DNA of 64,000 nt from the human T2T-CHM13v2.0 reference genome, Homo sapiens. Below are positions 1 through 15,318 of the stretch, piece by piece. The stretch lies in assembly GCF_009914755.1 (NCBI RefSeq), contig NC_060939.1. One strand, 5' to 3'. The translations under genes were made by a program, and so were the position numbers. The notes beneath the pieces are model-generated. The model had not been told where the DNA came from, did no database searches, and saw nothing but the letters and a program-made list of their open reading frames with translations. Position 1 is the first letter of the stretch, and every line of letters begins with the position of its first letter.

Positions 1-774
1 TCATACTTCTTAGCATACCAAGAGCCAAGACACAGTATTGAGAGGAGAAAATATAAGTTTAAAGGGACTGTCCTATTATATAGGAAATGGTAGGAGCCCT
101 TCCACCATGGGAAGGAGGAGGCCAGCCAGTGGAGGCAAGAATCAGAGAGAACAACTTGGGTGAAAATGCTTATGAGGTCACTCAGAGGGACCCAGGGACT
201 CTTACCTGGAGGAAGGTGGGGCAGATAGATTGAGGAAAGAAGTAAAAGGTAAAGGATTGAAGGAAAAGAGGGCACTGATGCCCTACCACCTGTGCCCTTC
301 CTCCTATTTGAATTCTGGGGGGACCACCTAGTGAGAGGCCTGCCGGCCAACATGCAGCTGTGGCTACCGTTGAATATAGTATGTTTGCGAAGGTTAGGCA
401 GGGAGACCCAGAGCTAGTCCTCCTAGTTCCCATGACTTGTGTGTGACATGTAAGAGGCCCATATCTCAAGGTCAGGGGGCCTGCAATATAGGTGAGAATT
501 AAAAGTTTGTGTCCTCTATAAACAGTGTGCAATACAAACATATTTATGTCGTAACCCAGATTCCTTGAAAGGATGTCTTTCCAGGTTATCGTAAGGATTA
601 CTTTAGACACTGGATGTGTATGTGTAAGGACTACTTTGGATGCCATATGCCATGAGTTTAATACAGGGTGTTGAAGACAACAAATAGTCAATAGATGGCA
701 TCTAATGTTACTGTTACTAATACAGAGTGGTCGTTAATTTGGAAGTAGCAGTTGATTTGAAAAGTACCAGTGTG

Positions 775-1070
775 GGCCGGGCGCAGTGGCTCATACCTGT
801 AGTCCCAGCACTTTGAGAGGCTGAGCTGGATGGATCACTTGATCCGAGGAGTTCACGACCAGCCTAGGCAAGATGACAAAACCTTGTCTCTTCAAAAGAT
901 ATAAAAATTAGCCAGGCATGGTGGTGCACACCTGTAGTCCCAGCTGCTTAGGAAGCTGAGTTGGGAGGATGGCTTGAGCCTGGAGGTTGAGGTTGTAGTG
1001 ATCCATGATTGTGCCCTTGAACTCCAGCCTGGGATGACAGAGTGAGACCCTGCCTCAAAAAAAGAAACAA
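775..1070 (+). mobile_element. Alu, J-type, full length
   Basis: Starts GGCCGGGCGCAGTGGCTCA; dimeric with A-tail; degenerate 16-bp TSD gaaaagtaccagtgtg (759-774) / gaaaagtatgagtgtg (1071-1086). Confidence 0.95.
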
Positions 1071-1790
1071 GAAAAGTATGAGTGTGATTACTCTGGGAAC
1101 ATCATCTAGAAAAGTCTGAAAAATCTTGTGTTAAGAGCAATTCTGGTGTGGGTGTGGTTGCTTATAGGTGCAATAAAGGATGAGGGTGTGAGGCAGGCAT
1201 TGTCTGGAATAAAAGTAGTGAAGTCTTCATCGGCACACCCATGAGGGTAAATGTGGCACCATATTCTAAGGCAGAACAGGTCAGTGCAAACTCATGGGCA
1301 CAGGCCACCCTGAGTTGGCCCAAACTTGCCACATTATGGCAAGCTGGGAGTCAGTGGGACCACATCTTGGAAAAAGGACTGAGGTGGATGAAGAGATAGA
1401 ACTGATCCTCTTGCAAAATGGGTTTGTGGACCAAAAAAGCAAGTCTGTTGGTATAAAGGTAAAATAATCTTCTCTAGATCTGAGAGTAACTTGAGGGGAG
1501 AGACCTGTTTATCCAGACTTGTAGCCCCCAAAAGCTCCCATAATGACTGATACATATTAGGCCTTCAATTAATGTTTGAAGAAAAGCTTATAGACAAGGA
1601 TTTGTGCCCAATTTGATGGAGCAGGGCAGAAGATGCTTTGACAATCTCAGATGTGCTGGGGGTTAACATCATGCCAAATGGGGCCTATCCAGAAGATTTT
1701 GACTTTAAAACAAGGGCCAGGAGACCAAATACGGACTCCAGTGCTGTGTTACCGTGTCATCTGTATACCAGGGATGTATTACGTGAATAA

Positions 1791-2140
<350 letters not shown>

Positions 2141-2143
2141 TGA

Positions 2144-2442
<299 letters not shown>

Positions 2443-2451
2443 CAAGGGTGA

Positions 2452-2760
<309 letters not shown>

Positions 2761-2929
2761 AAGGGTGATTTTTAATGTATTTCTTGGTAGATGGCCCAGT
2801 TCTGTGGAACAGAAATTCCAGCATCTGATCCTCTACTGCTGATAGATGTGGCCTTGAAAAGAACTTAGAGATTTTAAAGTCTCACTGAGGGTATAAAAAA
2901 GTCTTTAAGATGAAAGATTAATTCATAGA

Positions 2930-3180
2930 CTATGAGTTCCATTGTTTGTTTGGTTCACCTCGGTGCCTGGGAAATAGTAAGTTCTCAGTAAGTATTAACT
3001 GAATTTAAATCATTTTGTGGAGAATTCTGTTGCATCTGGTACGTGCCGGCCATTGTGTCAGCTGCAGATGTATCCCTTTCAATAGGGGGCTGAGAGTCTA
3101 GTAGAGAAGACAGGAAAAAAGACAGTGACCGTGTGGCATGGTACATGTCATGACTGAGTAATAAACAGGAGATTTTTATG
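2930..3180. mobile_element. L2 LINE remnants (two fragments in opposite orientation)
   Basis: L2 3'-end-like gtgcctgggaaatagtaagttctcagtaagtattaactgaat, followed by an opposite-strand tgccggccattgtg...gagtctagtagagaagaca motif. Confidence 0.45.
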
Positions 3181-3339
3181 AGAGCAACAGTCTTTCTCCA
3201 TATCAGAGACCATCAAATGGTGGTCTACAGCTGGAGGCTACCTGCACATGTGTTTTATTTGCTATTCCCAGGGTAGGCCAACCTGGAATTTAAGCATTTT
3301 TAAAAGTCTGTCATTAGCATTTACAAATAAGTATTGTTT

Positions 3340-4874
3340 TGTCACAAGATCTTTGGGGTGTTGCTTCACCAGCTGGAAGCCTCTGTGGCCAGCAGCGCCT
3401 CCGCCTGGGTTTTACTTGCGTCCACTGGGCTTGTTCTGCCCACTTGGCCCGGCAGGCTGAGCTGGGCTCATGCTACTGCCCAGATCCCACGCCTGCCAAG
3501 GGCGAGCCAGGTGCGGAGCAGCAAGGGGTGTGTGAGTGAGCGAGCATGGAGTCTGGCCACTGTGTGTAGCCATGCGTGCTGGCTGCAGCAGGGTGGGCCA
3601 CTCCAGGCGCCGGCACAAGCGCCGGCTCCAGCCCTGTGTGAACCTGCAGCTGGAGCATGTGTACCACAAGCGGCTTCTGCTGTGGGCCCCAGCGTCTGGT
3701 CAAGGGGAATGCAATTGCGCCCAAAAGCTTGGAGATGCCAGGAACCGCAACACCCCAAAGAGGGTGTTAGAGCATGTCACAGCCCTGGCTTGAGGAGCCC
3801 CAGGTCAGGGCTCCCAGAAGGGCCTCAGCTCTTCTCTCCTTCTCATCACCTGCAGTGTGGTGAGTCGGGGGTGTGTTTCATCCCTGTTTGTGTTATAGCC
3901 CTTTCAGTCCTGCCATTTGGCAGGTCCTGAGTTCTTTTCCTACATCCAGGAAGAATGAGGTGCGTGGACAACTGGAGGGTGAGCAAGGTGGAGAGGAGCT
4001 TCACTGAGCCACAGAACAGCTCTCAGAAGACTCGCAGTGGGCAGCTCCTTTCCGTAGGCAGGTCGTCCAGCGAGTATGTGAGTCTGACTGAGTCTGGGGG
4101 TTTTTACGTTCTCAGAATGGAGGAAATGCTGACTGGTTTATGGTTGGTCTGGAAAAAAGCATCATCCGATTAGTCAAACCGTCATCAATGAAGTACTCAC
4201 TCTGGGCTTCAGACTTTGCCTGGAACTGGCAGCCTGGTACCCAGGCTTCAGGCTGTCCCTGCCTTGAAGGTGGGGCTTCACTGGGGACCTGCCACTTCCT
4301 GCCTGGGATGATGCTTCCTGCTGCCATCAACATGATGTCCACAGTGCCCAGGCTGTTTGCCCTGAAGGGTGCCTGCAGGCTAATGTCGAGCCACCCTCAG
4401 CCCCCTGGTCTCCCTCTGGTGCTGATTGGCACCCAAAGTCCAGAGGGGACTGAGGCAGCAGGGGGCTGGTGTGTCAGCACCACCCACAGAGTGCACGTGC
4501 CCAGCTGGGTTGGGACATTGCCTGGGCTCAGCCACAACTTTGCTCCGCACTGCAGCACTGGAGTGGGCACCAGGAGCGGGAGAGGCCAGGCAGCAGGAGC
4601 AGGCACTTTCAAACCTGTTGGCGGGTGAGGAAGGGGCTTCCTGGGCTCCAAGAGCTCAGGGATACCCTAGTCCGGAGCTGTGGCTGGGTGGCTGCAGCGG
4701 CGCCTGGAAGCCTGGGGCTCCTGTCCCACTGGCTCGCGGGAAAGGGTAGGGGGTGGGCTCCTGCCTGTTCTTGGCCCCTGCTGACTCCACAGAGTGCACA
4801 GCCCTGGCAGCACCTCCCCCGCTGTAGCTGGCATCTTCACAGCAGCCGCTCCAGATGGGCCACTGCTGCCATCA
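3340..4874 (-). mobile_element. MER52 (MER52A-like) solo LTR, ERV1/MER4 group
   Basis: GC-rich 1535-bp block with TG...CA ends; minus strand begins TGATGGCAGCAGTGGCCCATCTGGAGCGGCTG as in MER52; 4-bp TSD gttt (3336-3339 / 4875-4878), typical of ERV1. Confidence 0.88.
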
Positions 4875-4900
4875 GTTTTCCTGTGGAAATCTTTTAAGTT

Positions 4901-5048
4901 TAATCAATGGTTTATGTTATCAGTAAGGCTTCTGGTCAACAATTGGCTATTAGTACTTAAGTTTTGGGGGAGTCAAAAGTTATATTCAGATTTTTGGCTG
5001 CATGAGCTGTTGGCATTCCTAACCCCTGTGCTGTTCAAGGTTCAACTG
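4901..5048. mobile_element. Tigger2/Tigger2a terminal fragment (TcMar-Tigger)
   Basis: agtaaggcttctggtcaac...aagttttgggggagtcaaaagttata...tgttcaaggttcaactg followed by TA. Confidence 0.8.
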
Positions 5049-5680
5049 TACTGGATTTTCTTGAAAATTCAGAAGTGCTGGAAACCCTGGGCCCGGATTT
5101 CTATGTGACAGCAATTTTGGGGCTGAGTGGCTTCATTTAGATGGGGCATGTGCTCCCCATATTCTGCTCTCCCCTTAACACTGAGGTTGATGATAGTGAC
5201 CTCAACATCAATGAGGTAGTGCTGTTTCCATGTCATAGAATTAAGAGGAGGTTGAAGTATTTCCCATTCTCACTTCAAGCAAAACTGGAACAATGGAAGA
5301 TACACTTAGGGCACCATATTTCAAGCAAGAAAGGAAGAGGGCAAATTTCCTTGTACATATAAAACATACTCCTAGGTGTTTAATGTACAAACCAATTGTG
5401 TCTGTGCAAAGTGACATAATTTAAAACATCCTTCAGAAATAAACACATCAAGAACCATGGGCTACTCAAGTGAAAATAAAATTACTAAAATTTCAACAGG
5501 GTTTACATTTGAATGAAAATAAATTACAATGCTGTTAAATTCAGTAAGTGACAAAAATTGGGTATTGCAGCTTTTAGGAGATAGTAAGTGCATAAAAAGG
5601 GATTTTCTAGGTGCAGCAGAAAGTATGTATCATGAATAGTCATAGAAACACATCCTCTCAGTGTGTGAAATGCTTGAGAA

Positions 5681-5736
5681 CCACTGCACTCCAGCCTGGG
5701 CTACAGAGTGAAACTCTGTCTCCAAAAAGAAAAAAA
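5681..5736 (+). mobile_element. Alu 3'-terminal fragment (~55 bp)
   Basis: ccactgcactccagcctgggctacagagtgaaactctgtctc plus A-tail; no upstream Alu sequence. Confidence 0.85.
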
Positions 5737-5791
5737 TGGTTTAAGAGACAGGACAGTCTATGAGTAAAAAATGCAAGAGGTCTTGAACTGT

Positions 5792-7433
<1,642 letters not shown>

Positions 7434-7480
7434 ATGAGTATGTGATACTCTGTGATATAGAAGTTCCATAATTAATTTAA

Positions 7481-7782
7481 TTTTTTTGTTTGTTTTCTTT
7501 TTTTGAGATAGAGTCTCACTCCGTCACCTGAGTTGGAGTGCAGTGGCACGATCTTGGGTCACTGTAGCTTCCACCTCCTGATTTCAAGTGATTCTCATGC
7601 CTCAGCCTCCCTAGTAGCTGGACTACAGGCGTGTGCCACCATTCCCGCCTAATTTTTGTAGTTTTAGTAGAGATGGGTTTTGCCATGTTTGCCAGTCTGG
7701 TCTCAAACTCCTGGCTTCAAGTGGTCACCTGCCTTGGCCTCCCAAAGTGCTGGGATTACAAGCATGAGCCACTGCACCTGAC
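7481..7782 (-). mobile_element. Alu (J/old S type)
   Basis: T-rich tail, Alu body ending actgcacctgac; TSD core taatttaa on both sides. Confidence 0.93.
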
Positions 7783-7856
7783 TAATTTAACTGTTTTCTT
7801 ATTGATGGACCTTCACTTCATTTCTATTCCTTTGACATTACGTGCTTATGTGTTGA

Positions 7857-7888
<32 letters not shown>

Positions 7889-8500
7889 TTATTTCTCTAG
7901 AATAGACAACCAGGAATGGGATTTCTAGGCCAAAAGATATGCATATTTTTAGTTTTAGTAGATGTTTTCTGTTTGCTTTTCCAAAAAGTCTACATACAGT
8001 AATTTACATTTCAAGTGGCAAAATATGCAAGCATGATTCCTTTCATATATTCACTAGCAATAAATGTTAACTTTTAAAAAATAAATGTTGCCAGTATGAT
8101 CATTATAACTGTTATCTCACTGTTACTTTAATTATAATTTTCTCAATACTTAATGGATTTTATTTTTATATAACCACCATTTGGATTCAGCTTCTTGTGA
8201 CTTGCTATTTATATTCTTTTCTTATTTTTCTATTCAGTTGATTTTTTTGCTTGTCAGTTTGTAAAATCTTTTTGCATTGTATAGGTATTACCTCTTTGTC
8301 ATTTACATGGAAAATATTTTTCCCAGTTCTATCATTTACATATTGAAGTATATTTATGACAAACAAAAATTTTGTAAGTTTTGACATAGTTTAAAATGTC
8401 TATTATTTCTTTTATAGTTTCTGGGTTTCTGGCCTCAGTTAGCAGGTTATACCCATTCGTAAATTGTATGGGCATTCTCCTAGATTTTCTTTTAGGGTTT
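7783..8500 (-). mobile_element. Ancient L1M (L1ME-like) fragment
   Basis: Degenerate minus-strand L1 motifs (caggaatgggatttctaggccaaaagatatgcatatttt; tctcactgttactttaatt); contains a (TA)n(TG)n microsatellite at ~7857-7888. Confidence 0.6.
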
Positions 8501-11194
8501 TTTTTATTGTAGTAGTAGTGAGAATGGGGTGGAGAAGGACTATAGTGAGTGCAAAGGAATCTAAAGGACTCCAGGACAGGAACTACCTGGATGAAAGAAT
8601 GGAGTGCAGTCTCTCCCAAAGTCAGCTTGGTTTTGCTCTTTCTCTTTCAGGGCAAAATCAAACAACAACTCATTCCCTCACCAATGGTTCTATACATGAT
8701 CTGCCGATTAAAAGTCCCAAGGACAGTTCAAACAGTAGTCATGATTTGCAGTTGAGCCTATTTGTTAGATTCTTCCCATCCTCTACATGTAGTTTCTGAT
8801 CTCTCTTCAGAACACACTTGCCTAATCATGGTTTATCTTGTTCCCTTATAACCGAAGCCTGTTGTGCCTTCTCAGACCTTGTCTATATCTGGAAACTTTC
8901 AACACTCTTTTAGCTTTTGCTTCTAAAACTTTTCTGTCTCTCAATTTACTGCTTCACTAATCCTAACTAAACACTCAGAGACCTAACCAATCTTTGCACC
9001 CCAGGCTTCTTCATTCAGTTCAGCCAATCCTCAGGGGGTACTAACCCTTGGTCCAAGGGTCATATGGTAGAACACAAGCTTTTGATCAGTTTTTGGGAAG
9101 AAAGTGTGAGTTCTCAGGCGTCATAAAACTTCATCTATTTTAAAAAATGCTTCCATAAGTAACAAGGGACATTAGCACTGGGAATGTTAATGGTGGAGTG
9201 GAACCAAGGCAATCATTTATCAATATGAGAACTTTAAAATTGAGTCTTTCAGAGCACTCTTTTCTCTATGAGTTTTTTCCTCACTATTATGAACGTGATT
9301 TCTTAAAAGACTATTTCCATTTCTCTCTTGGTACTATGTAAAGTATTAATGTCCTAAAAGTGGCTCTAAATCCTTACCTTAGAATTAAAAAATAATTCAC
9401 TTATCAAAGATGACTTTGAAAATCTCCAGACCAAATTTTGTTTATATGTATATATAAAGCTTTCCATTCAGGGTTTTTCAAAAAGGTCTAGTCTTAAGCT
9501 TTGTTTTGAGGAGCCAGGCCAATATACACTGATTTCATATATAGCACATTTGTTTGCTTACTAATTAATTTACCTATCCCATGGCATTTGAAACTTTGCC
9601 CTGGAGAAATGTTAGCTTTTGTTTGATACATAAATCGTAACTCATCCTGCAACCTACTTCTTAAAGTTGCCCATCTGACAAGTAAGCACCATCACACGTC
9701 ATGCCTGCAATTTTGTATGTTCTTGTAACTGTTGTTTGTAAGCTCATGTTTTAACTGTAGGGTTTTTTTGGTTTGATTTTTGCTCTGTTTTATTTTTGTT
9801 GTCCCCATAGTTTGTTAGTACACATGGCAAGTCTCTATAGATGTGAAATCTGTCATTGCAACTGAGTTTCAGCTGGCCTGGGGTGTGTCTTAGAACTGCA
9901 TCCCTTCTCAAGATCCTTTAATGCAATTTTTCATGTATATACTAGAGTCTTAATTTGAATACATTGAATCTCAAACTCATCCTTTGCATATTTTAAGAAT
10001 ATGTACAGCAGTTTTCATTTGACATGGTAATTAGAAAAGTGACAAAAATTTTGTTTTGATGTAAAAATTTTATTCATTTATCAATTATATCCTTTTGCCA
10101 CAATTACAAATAAAAATTAAGGTAGAATCCGATATTAGTACACATAAAGCAAGGCAAAAAGACACCTACAAATACAACTTTAAAAAGCAGATGAGCATAA
10201 GTGCTTTAGGGATCGGTATATATGGTGACTAGATACTCAGATTAGATAAATTCCTAGAAACCAAGGCAAAAAAAAAAATGTTGTATTATGTAACTTTCAG
10301 TATGAAAGGATGTATATGCATTTGTGGAAAGGGGTGAACCTTCTCTTGGCATTGGCTTTCAGGTAGAATTTATTATGTGGTTTCTTATATGCAGGACATT
10401 TGATAATTTAACAGATGGAGACATTTTAAAGTATAATTATGTAAATAATTAGAAACTTTTTCAAATTTGTTAAATGCTTCTATTTAAAAATATAAGTGGT
10501 GGTGGTGGTGGTAGTAGGGACTGGGGGAACGGGAGTGGTGAACATTAACTTTATTCAGAGAAAACATTGCTGTAGAAATCTAAGAAAATATAGGACATTC
10601 ATGGCATTTCCTGAAGATAATTTTTGTTCTATGAGATGCTAGGTCCATGAGAAGCCCCATTGACAAGCATCTGACATGTTTGAGAAATTTTGCAGATTCT
10701 AGAATACACAGGAGCCTTATGTTAAATGAGAAGCTCTGAAAACAAAGAAACTTGACTCTTTTTGTTCAATTTACTGTTTTCCAAACTCGTGGATAAAACA
10801 TTTTCAAAGAATATTATTTATTTCTGTTAAGATCCTGTGGTGATAGATTTCTCTCTAAGAACCTTTCCAGCTTGAAGAGTGCCTAAATATTTCTGAGAAA
10901 CAATCACTGATTGGTGCAAATATAGGATGCGAATCCAAAATATGAACACTCATGGCTGACTTTTCTGAAGAGTTCCTGAATGTCATAGCATTGACTAAAA
11001 TATAAAACATATGCTTTAGTAACTGGACCCATCAGCTATTTAACTGATAATCTCTTGAGAAAATTCAGGTTTCATTTGTGTTCTTTTCCAGAAAGAAGGT
11101 CATTCTACAGCTCAACAAGGGAGAGTCACAGGGGTACCTTTAAGAAAGACAGCTTTTCGAAGTAATAGCAGACTCTTCAAGCACTTGGGCATGA

Positions 11195-11380
11195 CAATAC
11201 AACACTGATCTAGGCTGGAAATATGGCTTTCCTTTTTGCTGGTTGTAGAGATTTGAGCATGTTACTTTACTCGTCTGAATTTTTTTGCCCTGTAGTTAAA
11301 ATGGAGATAATACGATGTGTCTCTGACAGGATTGTCATGATAATTCAGTGTGGTAAGACTGATCTAAAAGTGTTTACCCT
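11195..11380 (+). mobile_element. MIR
   Basis: tttgagcatgttacttt...tctgaattt...aaaatggagataata...acaggattgtcatgataatt core. Confidence 0.6.
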
Positions 11381-11561
11381 GGGGATGAAAAGGTAGTGGG
11401 AGTTACAGACTGTTAGGTCAATTTCATTTTTTATTAGGTTAAAAATCCTGAGATTTTCGCAATAAAATATGAATAAAATGATTATAGTCTGAAAAAATAT
11501 AGGGATACTTATGGATTATTGGTTCTTTTATTGCATTTTAATAGTATTTTATCAAAAGTTC

Positions 11562-13165
11562 ATACTCTATGGATTTAAAGAAATCCCTAGTAGAATCCAC
11601 GCTGGCTTCTTTGCAGAAATTGACAAGCAGATCCTGAAATTCATATGGCAATTCAAGGGACCCAGAATAACAAAAACAATCTTGAAAAAGAATGACAACG
11701 TTGGATGATTCACACTTCCCAACTTCAAAATTTACTGCAAAGCTGTAATAATTAAGGCTGTTTGATTCTAGCATAAAGATAGACATATAGTTCAATGAAA
11801 TAGAATTGTGAGTCTAGAAATAAGCCCATGCACCTATGTCCAGCTGATTTTCAACTACAGTGCCAAGGTCAATGGCAAAGAATCAGCAGTCTTTTCAACA
11901 AATGGTGTTTGGTGTTTGGACAGCTGGGCATATACATGTAAAATAATAAATATGTACTCACTACTTCACATCATATGAAGAAATTAACTCAAAACGAATC
12001 AAAGACCTAAATGTAAGAGCTAATATTATTATACTCTTAGAAAAAATATGAGGCAAAATTTTTATGACCTTAGCTTAGGCAATGGTTTCTTATAAGATTC
12101 CCAAAACACAAGCAACAACAGAAACATAAATTGTACTTGATCAAAATTTAAAACTTTAATGCATCCGAGGACGCTATTAAAAAGTGAAAAGACATCTCAC
12201 AGATTGGGAAGAATTATTTGCAAATCGTACATCTGATAAGGATCTAATATCCGGAATATATGAAGAACTCCTATGACTAAAAAATAAGAAGACAAATAAC
12301 CCAATTAAAAATGGGCAAAGGATCCGAATAGATATTTCTCCAAAGAAGATAGAAGAGTTGCCAGTAAGCACATGAAAAGATACTTGGCATCATTAGCCAT
12401 CAGGGAAATAAATCAAAACCACATTGAAATACAACTTCACAACCACTAAAATGGTTGTAATAAAAAAGACAGATAAAAACAAGGATGTGGAGAATCATTT
12501 TACATTCCTGGTGGAGAGTAAAGTGATGCATCCCCTTTGCAAGACAGTTTGATGTCTCAAAAGTTTAAACATACAGTTTGATGTCTCAAAAGTTTAAACA
12601 TAGAGTTACCATTTGAGCTAGCAATTCCACTCTGAGATATATACTAAAGAGAAATGGAAATATATCTCTACACAAAAACCTGTAACAATGTTCATTGCAG
12701 TATTAACCACTATGGCCCCAAAGGGGAAACAACCTAATTGTTCATCAACAGATGAATGGAAAAACAAAATGTAGCATATCCATACAATGGAGTATTATTC
12801 AGCCATATGAAGAAATGAAGTACTGATACATGCTACAATGTGGATGAACCCTGAAAACATGTTAAGTGAAAGAAGCCAGTCAAAAGCACATAGCATACGA
12901 TTCAGTCAATAAGAAATGCCCAGAGTATGCAAATCTATAGAGACAGAAAATAGACGAGTAGATGCCTAGCACCAGGTGTTTGGGAGGGGGTGGTCTGGAG
13001 TGACTGCTAATGGATATGGGATTTCCTTCTGGGGTGTTGAGAATATTCTAAAATTGATTGTGGTGGTGGTTGCATAACTCTGAATATACTATAACCCATT
13101 GAATTGTACACTTTCAATAGGTGAACTTTATGGTATGTGAGTTTTATCTCAAGTTTTTTTTAAAA
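11562..13165 (+). mobile_element. L1MB-like LINE-1 3' fragment (end of ORF2 + 3'UTR)
   Basis: Translation FFAEIDKQILKFIWQFKGPRITKTILKK matches L1 ORF2; L1MB-type 3' end gaattgtacacttt...gtgaactttatggtatgtgagttttatctcaa. Confidence 0.9.
12544..12601 (+). repeat. Perfect 29-bp tandem duplication inside the L1MB
   Basis: acagtttgatgtctcaaaagtttaaacat x2. Confidence 0.97.
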
Positions 13166-15044
13166 GCTTATGCTTATCTTTGATACAGTAGGCTACATAG
13201 TATCAAAAGGGACACGAGGAACAGCATCTCATAACATCACACGTAGTCAAGAGACCAGTGTTATTTCTAGACATAGTTTTGCCAAATACTTAGTTTGAGA
13301 CTGAGCAGGTCACTTCTCTTTTCTTCAACAGATACGTTGAACCAAATGTCCTCAAGGTCTTTTCTAAGAATCCTTACTGCTAACTTTGTAGCTTAAAGTG
13401 TGCTGGATGTGTTTCCATCTTCCGCCTTGATTTCCCCAGTGGATCACTGTAGTGAGCTAGAGATAGAGACAGACATTGCCTCAGCAGAATGTGTTTTGCT
13501 TGCCCTGCGATATGCTTTGTCATCCCTGGCACTCAGATGGTTTTATGTAACAAATGTGCTGTATTTTTCATTACATAAAAATAGACCTTGTATCATTGTG
13601 CCCTGGGAGAAAACCCTGCTCTGCCCCCAAGTTTTACTGCTGATTTGCATCAAGCTCTCAAGATGTTCTGCTCTCTACTTCTGGTCTAATTGTCTCCTTT
13701 AACATCTGCCTTTTGGAACTAGAGGAAGGGTCACAAGTTTCCTTCCTCCTGGCCCTTGGAAGGCTGCCTCCCTCTGGAAGTTCCAGTCCAAGACATTTCA
13801 TGATTCATCTTCTGGTCTTTTATCCCACACAGAAAAGGGCTGCTTTGCTCTAGACTGTCATTCCATTTGCTCATATCCATTTCCTGCCAAAGTAACTATT
13901 TCCCCCAAAGAAAATAAAAGATGTTCTGAGTTGTTCATTAATTTCTGCATGTGGAATGAATGAGAAATTGATGTGAAGAGCTCAGCAGTAATGAGGTGAT
14001 GATCAAAATGGGATGGGATGACCCAAAAGCAATCCCTTGCAATGAACAATTAATTATTAAAAATTGGAGCTCAAGTACATTATGTTACCAAATCAATCAG
14101 CCTGAACTTACAGTCTCATTAAAATTAGGGAGTTTAAAGCCAATTTATTTAAAACTGATTGATATTTTCCATTTAAAACATATATGAGTTTCTTGTGTTG
14201 CAGAGAATTAAGATTTGAATAGTCATATCTTTTACAAGTTATAAATATATGGCTATTAGTAGATCCTTTATGGAAAATTTGCACATATGCATGGCTGTAT
14301 CTTCCCTTTTCATTTCCAGAAAGCATAAACTAGCTCGCTTATGTTCAAGTCTGAGTCTATTAGTAGCAGGGATATATGAGCATAGAGTGGTTTTTTTCCC
14401 CCCAAGATAATCTTTTCTTTCTCTCCCCTGCTCCTGCTGTCCCCGCTGTATTACAAAGGTACAAACATATTTATGAGGAAAATTTGTCTTTCCTCAAAGG
14501 TTTGAAGGTCAGAGTCCCTGAAATGAATAAATAATGACTAAATAGTTATTTCACATTTGGCTGATAAACAGAACGATATTCCTTCAGAAGAAAGGAAGAA
14601 AAATTATTATACAGGCATTTGAGAAAGACATATATGGTTCAACAGAGAGCTTGTACCTGAAAAATATCTGGAATCAGATATTCTCTTGGCCTTACTCTTT
14701 CCTTGTCTTCTCCCTACCCTCAACCCCTTGGCTGGTTTCTCTTTTGATTTAGTACCCATGTGAAAAGCCCCTTCCTTCTTTATGTTCCTTTTAATCCACA
14801 CAGAATACCAAAAGTAGTTGTCAGAACAGAGATTGTCTGGTAGCAAAAACCACGGTTTATATGCAAATAGCTGCCATAAGAACGCCTTCTGTACATGAAA
14901 ACCGTACAGAAGCCAATATTCATGGCTTCTGGAAATTGCCTTTATTTTTTCTTGAACTGGATGGAGTCTTGCTCTTCTACAAAAAGCCAACGTCAAAAAC
15001 GTTCCTATCCTACAATCATAAGGGAGTGAGTTTGAGAATGTTGT

Positions 15045-15066
15045 ACACACACACACACACACACAC
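15045..15066. repeat. (CA)n microsatellite
   Basis: Pure AC run. Confidence 0.95.
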
Positions 15067-15204
15067 GGCTTATTTTCAGTTATGCTTTATGTGTTCAGAA
15101 ACATAGTATTTAATAATGGACAGGATTTGGAATAATGTAGATGTCTTGGGGACCACTTCCAAAGGTTTTCAGCACAGAGATGTTGGAAAGCCTTCACTAA
15201 AAAA

Positions 15205-15318
15205 TGCAATCTCCATAAAGGCAGAGATTTTTGTCTGTTTTGGTGACAGCGGTGTTTTCTGTGCCGAGAGAGGTGCTTGACACATAGCAGGCACTCAATA
15301 AATATTTGTTAAATGAAA
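15205..15318 (+). mobile_element. L2 3' end
   Basis: ctccataaaggcagagattttgtctgttt...gtgcttgacacatagcaggcactcaataaatatttgttaaatgaa. Confidence 0.85.

Larger units (their letters stand above)
3204..5165 (+). mobile_element. MER102-like hAT-Charlie fossil split into ~3204-3339 and ~5051-5165 by younger insertions
   Basis: Left part cacatgtgttttatttg...; right part ctggattttcttgaaaattcagaagtgctggaaaccctgggccc...gctgagtggc...tttagatggggcatgtgctc resembles the MER102 consensus as I recall it. Confidence 0.55.

Noticed and set aside
182-691. 169-aa minus-strand ORF
   Set aside because: No recognisable homology or exon context; compatible with a chance ORF.
3334-4897. Cluster of long overlapping ORFs (198, 162 and 142 aa, etc.)
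   Set aside because: All lie inside the GC-rich MER52 LTR, where stop codons are rare; they occur in multiple frames on both strands with no recognisable domain.
8625-8650. Strong orphan splice acceptors at 8650, 17660, 25987, 33491 and 54473
   Set aside because: No convincing paired donor at a typical exon distance, or only very short intervals; such motifs are common in AT-rich introns.
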